A stretch of 64,000 bases of DNA from an uncultured Methanosarcinales archaeon (GTDB lineage: Archaea > Nanobdellota > Nanobdellia > Woesearchaeales > CAYSVS01): assembly GCA_964589485.1 (NCBI GenBank), contig CAZPRK010000006.1, positions 1 to 64,000 of the forward strand, in the 5' to 3' direction. Positions 38,822-48,739 of this stretch are shown in pieces (the first letter of the stretch is position 1; the number at the start of each line of letters is the position of its first letter). The notes under the pieces are model-generated. The model did no database searches. It saw nothing but the letters and a program-made list of their open reading frames with translations, and had not been told where the DNA came from. A program made the translations under genes and the position numbers.

Positions 38822-39121
38822 TCACTCTAATTTATCTAATATTCTGCATAGAACTTTAAACGTATCTTGAACTTTAATTAAATCTCTTTTCAAAACCCAA
38901 GATGTTTCTGCTCCTTCGCTTTGAGCTAATAATTTACTCTGAACTTTATCTGCTATTCTTTCAACAAAAAGTAAATGTTCTCTAACTTCAGAAGTATCTT
39001 TATAACTATTTTCAGCTATCCTTTTCATAATTTCCTTTAAACTATCTCTATCGTAATCTTCTATGCTACCTGGTCTTGGAACTAAATCTTCATCTTCAGT
39101 TAAATCATATGCTTTTCTCAT
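38822..39121 (-). CDS. Hypothetical helical protein
   Basis: ORF with upstream TATA-like element; no motif recognised. Confidence 0.55.
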   Translation of the reverse strand: MRKAYDLTEDEDLVPRPGSIEDYDRDSLKEIMKRIAENSYKDTSEVREHLLFVERIADKVQSKLLAQSEGAETSWVLKRDLIKVQDTFKVLCRILDKLE

Positions 39122-39209
39122 AAGTAAGTATAAGCTTTGAAAATATATAAATATATGGTTACTATTTCATATACAAAAGTTTTAAAAGAATACTATAATA
39201 AGGTTTTTC

Positions 39210-41639
39210 ATGAAATTAGAATTTAATCCTATATATATTGATTATAAAATTGTTAATGAAAAACCTAGAATTTATATGTATGGGAGGTCTCATAATAAAC
39301 AAATATGTGTAGTTGATGATTCTTTTTCTCCTTATTTTATTGCAGTAGCAAAAGATATTAGTTTATTTCAAGAAAAAGTTAAAAGACTTAAATTAGAAGA
39401 AGAAGGAAAAACAGATGCTTTTGTTATAAATACTGAAGTAATTGAAAAAAAACTTATTGGAAAAAAGATTCAAGCAGTAAAAGTTTTTGTGAATGTTCCT
39501 TCTTCAATTTCTAGAATAAAGGATGTTATAAAATCGTGGGATTTGCTAGAAAATGTCTATGAATACGATATTCCTTTTGTTAATCAATATTTGATTGATA
39601 TGAATATTTTACCTTTAACTACATTAATTGTTGAAGGGGAACAGTTAAATGAAGATTTTCCAACCTTAAATTTAAAATCAATTGAGCCATTAAATAAAAA
39701 TTCTGTAGAAAATAAATTGTTAGCTTTTGATATTGAAACTTATAATCCTGATGGTAAAAATATATTGCCAGAAGAACATCCAATATTAATGGTAGCATTA
39801 TTTGGAAAGGATTTTAAAAAAGTTTTAACCTGGAAAACTTTTCCAACTAATGAAACTTATATTGAATTTGTATCTAATGAAAAAGAATTACTTCAAAAGT
39901 TAAATGATTACATTAAAGAATATTCTCCTGATATTATAACTGGGTATTATTCAGATGGATTTGATATGCCTTATATTATGACAAGGGCTAAAATTCATAA
40001 TGTAAAATTAGATTTTTCTTTTGATGGAAGTACTCCAAAAAAACAAAAAGGAAGATATAGTAGCGTTGATGTAACGGGAATGGCTCATGTTGATTTAATT
40101 AATTTTATTAGAATTATTATTTCAAGAAGTTTAAAGACAGATAGTTTAAAGTTAAATGAAGTTGCCTCTGAATTGTTAGGTGAAAAAAAAGATGATGTTG
40201 AAGTTGAAAAGTTAGCTGAAGTTTGGGATAAAGGGGGAGCAGAATTAGAAACATATTGTAAATATAATTTAAAGGATTCAATTTTAACATATAAATTGTT
40301 TCAAAAAGTTTTACCTAATTTAGAAGAGATGGTAAAAATAATAGGACTTCCTATTTTTGAGATTAGTAGAATGAGTTTTTCTCAATTAGTTGAATGGTAT
40401 ATTATTAGGATGTGTAAAGAGTATAATGAAATTGTCTTGAATAAGCCAGGTTATAATCAAACTAATGAAAGAATGGCAAAACGGTTTCAGGGAGCTTTTG
40501 TATTTGAGCCAACTCCTGGAGTTTATGAGAACATAGCTGTTTTTGATTTTTTAAGTTTGTACCCAACTATAATAATAAGTCATAACGTTGGAATTAATTC
40601 AATTAATTGTGACCATCAAGAATGTCAATCTGAGAAAGTTCCATTAGAAAATGAAGATACTTGGTTTTGTAAAAAAGAAAAAGATTTTGTTTCAAGTATA
40701 TTAGAAAATATTATTTCTAGAAGATCTAGGATTAAAGAAATGTTGAAAAAAGAAAAAGATAATCTTCTATTGAGTGCAAAGTCTGAAGCGTTAAAAGTTT
40801 TAGCAAATAGTTTTTATGGTTATTTAGGTTTTGCGCCGGCAAGATGGTATTCATATGATTCAGGGAATAGTGTTACTGCATTTGCAAGATATTATATTAA
40901 AAAAGTTATAGAAAATGCAAAAGAAAAAGGATTTAGTGTCATATATGGAGATACTGATTCTATTTTTATGGAATTAAAAGATAAAACTGAAGATGAAGCA
41001 ATTAAATTTGTTGACGGAATTAATGCAACTCTTCCAGGTATAATGGAATTAGAATATGAAGAATTTTATCCAAGGGGGATATTTGTTCAAACAAAAGGAA
41101 GCGATGTTGGAGCAAAAAAAAGGTATGCATTATTAAGAAAAGATGATACTTTGAATATTAAAGGATTTGAAACAGTAAGAAGAAATGTTAGTTTTATTGC
41201 TAAAACTGTTCAGCAAAATATCTTAAATATGATTTTGAAAGAAAAAGATATTATTAAAGCAAAAGATTATGTAAAACAAATTATTGTTAATTTAAAGACA
41301 AAGAATATTCCAGTTAAAGATTTAATTATTTACACTAAATTAACTAGAAAACCTTCAGAATATGATAGCATTGGTCCGCATGTTGCAGTTGCTAAACAGA
41401 TGGAAAATAAAGGAATAAAAGTTGGACCAGGAAGTTTAGTTGGTTATGTAATTACAAACGGAACCGGAGTGTTAAGAGATAGAGCAATGCTTCCAGATGA
41501 TGTTAAAGATTATGATAGTAGTTATTACATTAACCATCAAGTTATTCCAGTTGTAGAAAAAATATTTGAAATCTTTGATATAGATAAAGATGAATTAATT
41601 GGAGAAAAAAAACAAAGTAAATTAGATGCTTTTTTTTGA
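39210..41639 (+). CDS. polB: Family B DNA polymerase (archaeal B3 type)
   Basis: FDIET, DFLSLYPTII, KVLANSFYGY, YGDTDS, C-terminal PIP box QSKLDAFF; no intein. Confidence 0.97.
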   Translation: MKLEFNPIYIDYKIVNEKPRIYMYGRSHNKQICVVDDSFSPYFIAVAKDISLFQEKVKRLKLEEEGKTDAFVINTEVIEKKLIGKKIQAVKVFVNVPSSISRIKDVIKSWDLLENVYEYDIPFVNQYLIDMNILPLTTLIVEGEQLNEDFPTLNLKSIEPLNKNSVENKLLAFDIETYNPDGKNILPEEHPILMVALFGKDFKKVLTWKTFPTNETYIEFVSNEKELLQKLNDYIKEYSPDIITGYYSDGFDMPYIMTRAKIHNVKLDFSFDGSTPKKQKGRYSSVDVTGMAHVDLINFIRIIISRSLKTDSLKLNEVASELLGEKKDDVEVEKLAEVWDKGGAELETYCKYNLKDSILTYKLFQKVLPNLEEMVKIIGLPIFEISRMSFSQLVEWYIIRMCKEYNEIVLNKPGYNQTNERMAKRFQGAFVFEPTPGVYENIAVFDFLSLYPTIIISHNVGINSINCDHQECQSEKVPLENEDTWFCKKEKDFVSSILENIISRRSRIKEMLKKEKDNLLLSAKSEALKVLANSFYGYLGFAPARWYSYDSGNSVTAFARYYIKKVIENAKEKGFSVIYGDTDSIFMELKDKTEDEAIKFVDGINATLPGIMELEYEEFYPRGIFVQTKGSDVGAKKRYALLRKDDTLNIKGFETVRRNVSFIAKTVQQNILNMILKEKDIIKAKDYVKQIIVNLKTKNIPVKDLIIYTKLTRKPSEYDSIGPHVAVAKQMENKGIKVGPGSLVGYVITNGTGVLRDRAMLPDDVKDYDSSYYINHQVIPVVEKIFEIFDIDKDELIGEKKQSKLDAFF

Positions 41640-41677
41640 AGCAAACATTAATAAACTATAAAACTATTATTTCTTAC

Positions 41678-42370
41678 ATGATTAAAGCTATTATTTTTGA
41701 TTTAGACGATACATTATTTAGTTCAAGTAAAATTGCTACCAAATGTAGAAAGAATGCAGTTAAAGAAATGGTTAAGCATGGATTAAAAGATAAATTTGAG
41801 AATGTATATAGTTCCTTATTAAAAATAATTCTAAAAAGAGGATCGAATTATAACTTTCATTTTAATGATTTGTTAAAAAGTTATAATATAAAATATCCTG
41901 AAAAAATTATTGCAGCTGGTGTAATTGCCTACCATAAAACTAAAATGAACGACATTGAAACTTTTGAAGGCGTGCATAAAATTCTTTCAAAACTTAAAAA
42001 ATTAAATATAAAATTAATTCTAATGACTAATGGTAGGTTAAATAAACAATGGGAAAAAATATTATTACTTAAATTAGACAAATATTTTGATGACGTTATT
42101 ATTTCAGATAAACAAAATCAAGATATTTCTAAATTGAATAATTTTAAAGAAATTATAAAAAAATATAAATTAAATGTAAGCAAAACAATAAGTGTAGGAG
42201 ATAGACTTAACACTGAAATTAAAGCAGGAAATGAATTAGGTATGATTACAGTACGAATTTTAAAAGGAAAATATAAACATATAAAATCAAAAAAAATTAA
42301 ACCTGATTTTATAATAAAAGAATTTAAAGAATTATTATTAATTCTCCAAAAACTCAATAAAAGTTTTTAA
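41678..42370 (+). CDS. HAD-superfamily hydrolase
   Basis: MIKAIIFDLDDTL (start moved to ATG 41678), TNG, VGDRLNTEI..G..GM. Confidence 0.92.
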   Translation: MIKAIIFDLDDTLFSSSKIATKCRKNAVKEMVKHGLKDKFENVYSSLLKIILKRGSNYNFHFNDLLKSYNIKYPEKIIAAGVIAYHKTKMNDIETFEGVHKILSKLKKLNIKLILMTNGRLNKQWEKILLLKLDKYFDDVIISDKQNQDISKLNNFKEIIKKYKLNVSKTISVGDRLNTEIKAGNELGMITVRILKGKYKHIKSKKIKPDFIIKEFKELLLILQKLNKSF

Positions 42371-43828
42371 ACATACACCAGTTGCTCCCTTTGGTTTGTA
42401 ATCTTTAGCTGAATTACTCCAGCCAGATCCACCAATGTCTAAATGTATCCAAGGAGTTTTTTCAACGAAATTCTTTAAAAATAACCCTGCAGTTATTGTT
42501 CCTGGGCCCATATTATCTTTCGCAATATTTCTTAAATCTCCCATTTCACCAGTCATTTGTTCATCATAATCTTCATGTAATGGAAGTTCCCAGAATAGTT
42601 CAGTTGTGTTTTTAGATGCGTTAATGAATTTTTGATTTAATTCTTCATTTGTACCTAATAAACAAGTTATGTCATATCCTAATGCTATAATTGAAGCTCC
42701 AGTTAAAGTTGCAATGTCAAATATTGCTTGACAATCGTAATTTTTTTCAGCATAACTTAACCCATCTGCTAGAATTAATCTTCCTTCTGCATCAGTATGC
42801 CAAACTTCAATTGTTTTACCGTTGTATGCATGGATTATGTCACCTTGTCTATAACTTCTGTCGCTTATTGAATTTTCACATGTGGGTACAATGAAAATTA
42901 CATTTTTTTTAACTTTTAACTCAATGCAAGCCTTTAATGTTCCTAACACTGTTGCAGCTCCAGCCATGTCACTTCTCATGTTTTCCATGTATGTTGCTGG
43001 TTTAACATTTAATCCGCCTGAATCAAAAGTAATTCCTTTTCCAACAAATGCAATTGGTTTTTCTTTTGCATTATTATATTCAGCAACAATAAATCTAGCT
43101 TCATTATTTCCACCTTTTCCTACAGTGAATAATCCGCCTAAACCTTGAGCTTGAATTTCTTCTAAACCCATTACAGTAAGTTTAACGTTTTTAACATTTT
43201 CAGTTATTTTTTTTGTTTCATTTGCTAAATATTCAGGAGTTACAATTTCACTAGGTTCATTTACTAAATCTCTAACATAATTAATGTTATTTGCAATAAT
43301 TTCTGCCCGAGTTACTTGTTTTTGTATTTCTTCATGGTTACTTGGAGCTAGAATGTTTAGCTTTGTAATTTCTTTTATATTTTTTTTAACGCTTTTATAT
43401 TTATCAAATTCATATAATGCAGAAATTATACCATCAACTACAATTTGAGCTTTATTTTCAATTTCAGAATCTATTTCATGTAAATATACTGAAATTTCTT
43501 TAATATTTTCAGCTTTTAATTTTTTTGCAGCTTTTGCAGCTATTCTTTGTAATTTTGATTTAGTAAATTCACCTTTTTTACCTAGATTTAAAACTAATAA
43601 TTTGTTGCAATTAAGTTTATCAAAACAATGTATTAAATCTAGATCAAAATTATCTTCATCAGTTTCTTCGGTAGATTTCATATTTGAGATTAAACCGTCA
43701 ATTTTTTGGTCTATTTCAATTAAATCTTTACTTAATTCTTGATCTTCAAAAATTCCTACAGCTAAAGCTGGAGTTTTATGTTCTTCTAATTTTTCATTTA
43801 TTACTTTAATTTCCATTTGTATCACCAA
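42338..43828 (-). CDS. pepA: Leucyl aminopeptidase (M17)
   Basis: GKGITFDSGG, DMAGAA, HTDAEGRLILAD, ATLTGA. Confidence 0.95.
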   Translation of the reverse strand: MVIQMEIKVINEKLEEHKTPALAVGIFEDQELSKDLIEIDQKIDGLISNMKSTEETDEDNFDLDLIHCFDKLNCNKLLVLNLGKKGEFTKSKLQRIAAKAAKKLKAENIKEISVYLHEIDSEIENKAQIVVDGIISALYEFDKYKSVKKNIKEITKLNILAPSNHEEIQKQVTRAEIIANNINYVRDLVNEPSEIVTPEYLANETKKITENVKNVKLTVMGLEEIQAQGLGGLFTVGKGGNNEARFIVAEYNNAKEKPIAFVGKGITFDSGGLNVKPATYMENMRSDMAGAATVLGTLKACIELKVKKNVIFIVPTCENSISDRSYRQGDIIHAYNGKTIEVWHTDAEGRLILADGLSYAEKNYDCQAIFDIATLTGASIIALGYDITCLLGTNEELNQKFINASKNTTELFWELPLHEDYDEQMTGEMGDLRNIAKDNMGPGTITAGLFLKNFVEKTPWIHLDIGGSGWSNSAKDYKPKGATGVCLKTFIEFLEN

Positions 43829-44300
43829 TTATTTGATTAGCATGATCTCCAACATTAACTTTGTTGTATATCTTTTGTATTTTTTCATTTTCAATGACAA
43901 AAGTAGTTCTAGCAATCCCCATATATTTTCTTCCGTACATATTTTTTTCAACCCAAACTCCATATTTTTCAGCAAGTTCATGATTTTCATCAACTAACAA
44001 TTCAAATGGAAGGTTATATTTTGTTATGAATTTTGTATGCTTTTCGGCATTATCTGGAGAAACTCCAACAACTACGTAATTATTATCTTCTAATTCTTTA
44101 ATTCCATCTCTAAGTGAACATGCTTCCTTTGTACAACCAGGCGTGTCATCTTTCGGGTAAAAGTATAAAATTAATTTTTTATTTTTATAATAGTTTAAAT
44201 TTCTTTCTTTATTATTTTGGTTTTTTAAAGAAAAATCTTTTGCGTTATCTCCTTCTTCCATAATTATACGAAAATTCAGGTTATTTAAATAGTTTTTCAC
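43806..44300 (-). CDS. bcp: Peroxiredoxin, BCP/PrxQ type (start probably internal, at MEEGD)
   Basis: YFYPKDDTPGCTKEAC, RTTFVI. Confidence 0.93.
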   Translation of the reverse strand: MKNYLNNLNFRIIMEEGDNAKDFSLKNQNNKERNLNYYKNKKLILYFYPKDDTPGCTKEACSLRDGIKELEDNNYVVVGVSPDNAEKHTKFITKYNLPFELLVDENHELAEKYGVWVEKNMYGRKYMGIARTTFVIENEKIQKIYNKVNVGDHANQIIGDTNGN

Positions 44301-44983
44301 ATATCTTTATACTTAGTAATTTCTTTATTGATTAGATTTAGTTTAATTTTTGCTTGTTTGAAGACTTTTTTTGTTTCTTCAGATGCATGATAATCCTTTA
44401 ATGCAACTACTTTATTAATTCCACAATTAATTATCATCTTAGCACAAGTGTAACATGGAGTCATTGAACAATATAAAGTTCCTTTATCTAAAGAAATACC
44501 TAGTTTAGAAGCTTGACAAATTGCATTTTGTTCAGCATGAGTTGTTCTTACGCAATGTTTTCTAATATTTCCATCTTCCTTTAACATTTGTTTAAATTCA
44601 TGTCCTATTTCATCGCAATGACCAACATTTCTAGGAGCTCCAACATATCCAGTTACTAAAATTTGATTATTTCTTGTTATTACACAACCACTTCTTCCCC
44701 TGCTACAAGTTGATCTAGTTCCAACTTTTCTCATAATGGATAAGAAATATTCATCCCATGTAGGTCTTTCATACTCTAAATTATCAATCATTATATCAAT
44801 TTTTTCTTTGAAGTTATTATCTTTTTTTATGATTATTTTAGCATTTTTAGGAGCATTATCTTTATCTTGTATGTATATTAAGAATTTCTCATACTCAGTA
44901 GATGCATCATATCCATGTTTTTTTAATTTTTTTATTACATAATTGATATCAGTAATGTTACTACCGGAAACACCTATTTTCAT
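44297..44983 (-). CDS. dCMP deaminase with extra ~70-aa N-terminal segment
   Basis: RPTWDEYF, RSTC, HAEQNAI, PCYTC. Confidence 0.9.
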   Translation of the reverse strand: MKIGVSGSNITDINYVIKKLKKHGYDASTEYEKFLIYIQDKDNAPKNAKIIIKKDNNFKEKIDIMIDNLEYERPTWDEYFLSIMRKVGTRSTCSRGRSGCVITRNNQILVTGYVGAPRNVGHCDEIGHEFKQMLKEDGNIRKHCVRTTHAEQNAICQASKLGISLDKGTLYCSMTPCYTCAKMIINCGINKVVALKDYHASEETKKVFKQAKIKLNLINKEITKYKDM

Positions 44984-45067
44984 AAAATAAGGATATTCTT
45001 CTTTTTTTAAAAAACTAACGTAAGATTTAAATATTTACTTTACTTTATATTTTACGGGGTGTTATAA

Positions 45068-45379
45068 GTGGAAGAAGATAATGTGAAGTTAGGCGGAAAC
45101 ATTGTATTAAGTGGTTTTAGGGATATAGATGGCGGAAGTAAGATAATTCTTAGAAAAATAGTAGGAAGTTATGCTAGAAAGTTTTCTGAAGGGGGAAGTG
45201 CATTTGAGGAGTTACATCTTAGTATGAAATCTGTACATGAACGTGAACAAAGTAAAAAGTATGAAATTAAATGTAGAATGATTGATAACGGCCAAATTCA
45301 TAATAGTGAAGTGACTGAAAGAAATTTATTTGTTGCAATAGATAGTGTATTAAAAAAAGTAGAAAGTAGTATGAAGTAA
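45068..45379 (+). CDS. Hypothetical protein, possible HPF/RaiA-like fold
   Basis: GTG start; alpha/beta pattern ending NLFVAIDSVLKKVE. Confidence 0.55.
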   Translation: MEEDNVKLGGNIVLSGFRDIDGGSKIILRKIVGSYARKFSEGGSAFEELHLSMKSVHEREQSKKYEIKCRMIDNGQIHNSEVTERNLFVAIDSVLKKVESSMK

Positions 45380-45411
45380 AGTTTTTATAGTCAATACCTT
45401 TTTACTTTATT

Positions 45412-46551
45412 ATGCACAAATGTAAAGTATATGAACATATTAAGCCGAATAATATTAAACCTGTTTCTTTAAAGCAAGATTTTTTTGGAAAGGCTCCAAA
45501 TGTATTTATTGGTAGGCATGGTTATCCTAATATTAATGTTGGAGTGTTAACAACTGAAAATTACTCTAATAATGATGATGTTTCCTTCTGGAAAAACCAA
45601 AATTTTCAAATAAATCAAATTTTAGATTTAAGAAAGGAATTATTAAATTCAAGGTTTGAAGTAAATGTAAAAAGTTTGAATAATAAATTTTTAGATTTGT
45701 CTAAGGAATTAGCTTTGTCGTCTTCTCCAACTGATGTTGAAATTAATTTGAAAGATAAACCGATATTTAAAATGAATTTAGATAAAGAAACTAACCCTTA
45801 TGGTTCTAATGCTCAACTTGAAAAAATGCGAATAACTGAAAATGTAAAAGTTCCTAACAAGATTCAAAAAATAGTAGATGATACTGATTTGAAGGCGAAT
45901 TCTGCAATTATAGATTTGTATAATAATTTTGATGAACATTATTTAACTAAATTATTATCAGTTGGAAATTTAGGTGTTAAAAATCAAAGAAAATTAGTTC
46001 CTACTAGATGGAGTATTACTGCAATTGATGATACTGTAAGTAAAGACTTAATTAATAACATTAAATTAAATGAAAAATTAAACTATTGTGTTTATTTTGG
46101 ATATCATCTAGGGAATTATTATTTAATATTAACTTTCCCTGATGTTTGGAGTTATGAGTTATTTGAAACTCATGTAAATGGAAAAGGTTTTAATCATGAT
46201 GTTGAAGGATACACAGGAAGAAAATCTTATGCAGAAAATACTGCAGGAGGATATTATACAGTTAGGCTAGCTATAGCTGAAAAATTCAAAGAAATGAAAA
46301 AACAAGCCAAAGTTATAGTATTAAGGTTTGTTACAAATGAATATTATGCCCCATTAGGAGTGTGGGTTACAAGAGAAGCAGCTAGAACAACAATGTCTAA
46401 TAAACCTATAGAATTTAGCTCAAAAGAACTAATGTTAAAATACATAAAGCATTTTGTTAGAAAAAAGTTTAATTACGATGTTGACTTTATGTTAAAAGAT
46501 TCTAAATTGCTAAAAGAGATAAAAACTCAGAAGAAATTATGGGAATTTTAG
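45412..46551 (+). CDS. nreA: Archaeal DNA repair protein Nre
   Basis: VFIGRHGYP, RKLVPTRWSITAIDD, GGYY, PLGVWVTRE, C-terminal PIP-like QKKLWEF. Confidence 0.9.
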   Translation: MHKCKVYEHIKPNNIKPVSLKQDFFGKAPNVFIGRHGYPNINVGVLTTENYSNNDDVSFWKNQNFQINQILDLRKELLNSRFEVNVKSLNNKFLDLSKELALSSSPTDVEINLKDKPIFKMNLDKETNPYGSNAQLEKMRITENVKVPNKIQKIVDDTDLKANSAIIDLYNNFDEHYLTKLLSVGNLGVKNQRKLVPTRWSITAIDDTVSKDLINNIKLNEKLNYCVYFGYHLGNYYLILTFPDVWSYELFETHVNGKGFNHDVEGYTGRKSYAENTAGGYYTVRLAIAEKFKEMKKQAKVIVLRFVTNEYYAPLGVWVTREAARTTMSNKPIEFSSKELMLKYIKHFVRKKFNYDVDFMLKDSKLLKEIKTQKKLWEF

Positions 46552-46588
46552 AGTTAGATTTATAAAGTAACCACTTATTGGGGACTTA

Positions 46589-47374
46589 ATGTCTTTAATA
46601 GTTCAAAATGGTCATAACCCTTATGAGAATGTTAATTTATTAGAGGAAGCAATAGGTGATATTGATGCAAATATTCTTTATTTACCTTGGACTGAAGCAG
46701 CTGGAACATCATTTCAAGGTGGGGATTTTAAAAACCATAATAATTTCAATTATCAAGTTTGTAATTCTTTTAAATTTCATTCTTTGCTTGAACATATTGA
46801 ACAAACAGTTTCAGTGGATAATGTATACATTACAGATGAATTCGCAGTTCGTATTAAAGATAATAGGCAATATTTTTTTAGGGAAGGAAATAATAATTTA
46901 AGAGAACTTATTGAAGAACATAATGTTTTATTTATTCCAGGGGGATATGCTCAATTATTAAAACAAAACCTATTAAGAATGGGAGTAGAAGATTTAGTTA
47001 TGAATAAGGTTAGATCTGAAGAAGAATTAGTAATTGGGTATTCAGCAGGGTTTATGCCACTTATGGAAAACTATGTTGAAATAGATAGTGAAAAGAAACC
47101 TAGATGTATGGTTAGTCATTTTGGATTAAAGGGTGTATCTGTTTTACCTCATGTTGAAGGGGGAGAGTTAGATCCTTTTGAGTTAAAAAGAGCCGCTAAT
47201 TTAATTAGAATAATGGATGCAAAGTTATATGGGTTACATGGAGATGTTAATTTAAAAATAAGTTTAGATGATGGATTAAAACTTGAAAGTTTATCTAATT
47301 CAGGAACTGTAATTACTTTAGAAGGTGATGAACTAATAAAGCATGGAAAAGGAGTAATTACAAAACTTTTATAA
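46589..47374 (+). CDS. Peptidase S51 (peptidase E/cyanophycinase-like) fold protein
   Basis: LFIPGG, IGYSAG nucleophile elbow, VLPH. Confidence 0.7.
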   Translation: MSLIVQNGHNPYENVNLLEEAIGDIDANILYLPWTEAAGTSFQGGDFKNHNNFNYQVCNSFKFHSLLEHIEQTVSVDNVYITDEFAVRIKDNRQYFFREGNNNLRELIEEHNVLFIPGGYAQLLKQNLLRMGVEDLVMNKVRSEEELVIGYSAGFMPLMENYVEIDSEKKPRCMVSHFGLKGVSVLPHVEGGELDPFELKRAANLIRIMDAKLYGLHGDVNLKISLDDGLKLESLSNSGTVITLEGDELIKHGKGVITKLL

Positions 47375-47398
47375 AAAAATCAAATTAATAAAATAAAA

Positions 47399-48244
47399 AT
47401 GTCATTAATAATACAAAACGGAAATAGAAATGACTTGAATGCTCAAGTATTGAAATATTTGCCTCAGGGTCAAATAGGGTTAGTTTGTCCTTTTGGATCG
47501 GTAAAAAGAAATGAATATGAACCAGAAGTTGCTGATTCTGATCCAGCTGGTCAAGTTGACAGAATTATTGAATTTCATTTGCAAAATGAAAATAACTCTA
47601 AAATAAGTGATATAAGTGGCATAGTCCTGATTGATGATGAGTTACAACGTGAAGTAGCTGAAGAGCATATAGAATTGTTGAGAAGTTCTTTTGGAAAAGA
47701 AATAGAAAATGTTTTAGAAAATATAGAAATTGTTTCTGATAAAGATCAAGGTATAATTCATAACAAGGTAGACAATGCAACTTTTACATATATTGGTGGT
47801 GGATGTCCTTTTCTTCTTAAAGCAAAAATGGATGAAGTAAATGGCCTTCAAGAGCATTTATTATATAAAGCTAAAACAAGTACTGTTACAGTTTATTCAG
47901 CTGGAATGGTTGGTTATCTTGAAAAATTTGTAGCACATTCAATATATGAAGATGATTTTGATGTTGTTAATTCTGAAGGTCCATTGGGTATAGCTTTTCT
48001 TCCACATGCTGAGAAAGGTGGAAAACAAAGAGTGCAAGAAGTTTTAAGAAATATTAACCAAAATGTAACAACTCCGGCTGTAGCATTGCAAGGGGATTTG
48101 TTAATGGCTGTTGATTTAAATACTGGAGAAGTTACAAATTATGAACCTTTGAGTTTAAATAGTGGTGTTTCTTTTCTGGGTTTAGATTTAGTTCAAAATC
48201 CTGAAGTGATTAAACAGTTTCTTAATTATGGTCTTAATAAATAG
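47399..48244 (+). CDS. Second S51-like paralogue
   Basis: MSLIIQNG start shared with neighbour; YIGGG, VYSAG, FLPH. Confidence 0.68.
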   Translation: MSLIIQNGNRNDLNAQVLKYLPQGQIGLVCPFGSVKRNEYEPEVADSDPAGQVDRIIEFHLQNENNSKISDISGIVLIDDELQREVAEEHIELLRSSFGKEIENVLENIEIVSDKDQGIIHNKVDNATFTYIGGGCPFLLKAKMDEVNGLQEHLLYKAKTSTVTVYSAGMVGYLEKFVAHSIYEDDFDVVNSEGPLGIAFLPHAEKGGKQRVQEVLRNINQNVTTPAVALQGDLLMAVDLNTGEVTNYEPLSLNSGVSFLGLDLVQNPEVIKQFLNYGLNK

Positions 48245-48248
48245 TTAT

Positions 48249-48707
48249 TCAAAATAATTTAATTCTAGGTCTTCTTAATTTTCTTTCTTGTTCTAATAAT
48301 TCGGAAGCTTTAGATAAGTTAAAATCTTTAAACTTTTGATTGATATAATGGATAATTATTTTAGCTTCATGAGTTCCTCTATCAAATAAAGCATATATTT
48401 CTCCTACTTTATCTTGTAAATTTTGATAAATTTCATTTAAACTCTCTCTTTTTTCATCATGATTTTCACCAAGATATGTTAAATTTAAAATAAGTTGAGA
48501 AATATTAGGTTTACCTTTTACAAAGGTTCTTTTTTTACCTCCATGTGTTATGATTTTATATTCAATACTTTCTTTTTCTAAATATAATAAATCAATTTCT
48601 CCGTCTAATCCACCTTTATTTTCTAAACAAACAAATCCTTCATGAGCTAAATCAATTTCTAAATTAGAAGGAGTATATTTTCTAAAACTAAGAGCAAACC
48701 TAACCAT
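48249..48707 (-). CDS. Hypothetical protein
   Basis: ORF with upstream TATA-like element. Confidence 0.55.
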   Translation of the reverse strand: MVRFALSFRKYTPSNLEIDLAHEGFVCLENKGGLDGEIDLLYLEKESIEYKIITHGGKKRTFVKGKPNISQLILNLTYLGENHDEKRESLNEIYQNLQDKVGEIYALFDRGTHEAKIIIHYINQKFKDFNLSKASELLEQERKLRRPRIKLF

Positions 48708-48739
48708 ACTTATAGTATGTTAATTTAAATATATAAAAA

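Noticed and set aside
39210..41639. Intein-containing, split or inactivated PolB
   Set aside because: Normal length with exonuclease and polymerase motifs contiguous and intact
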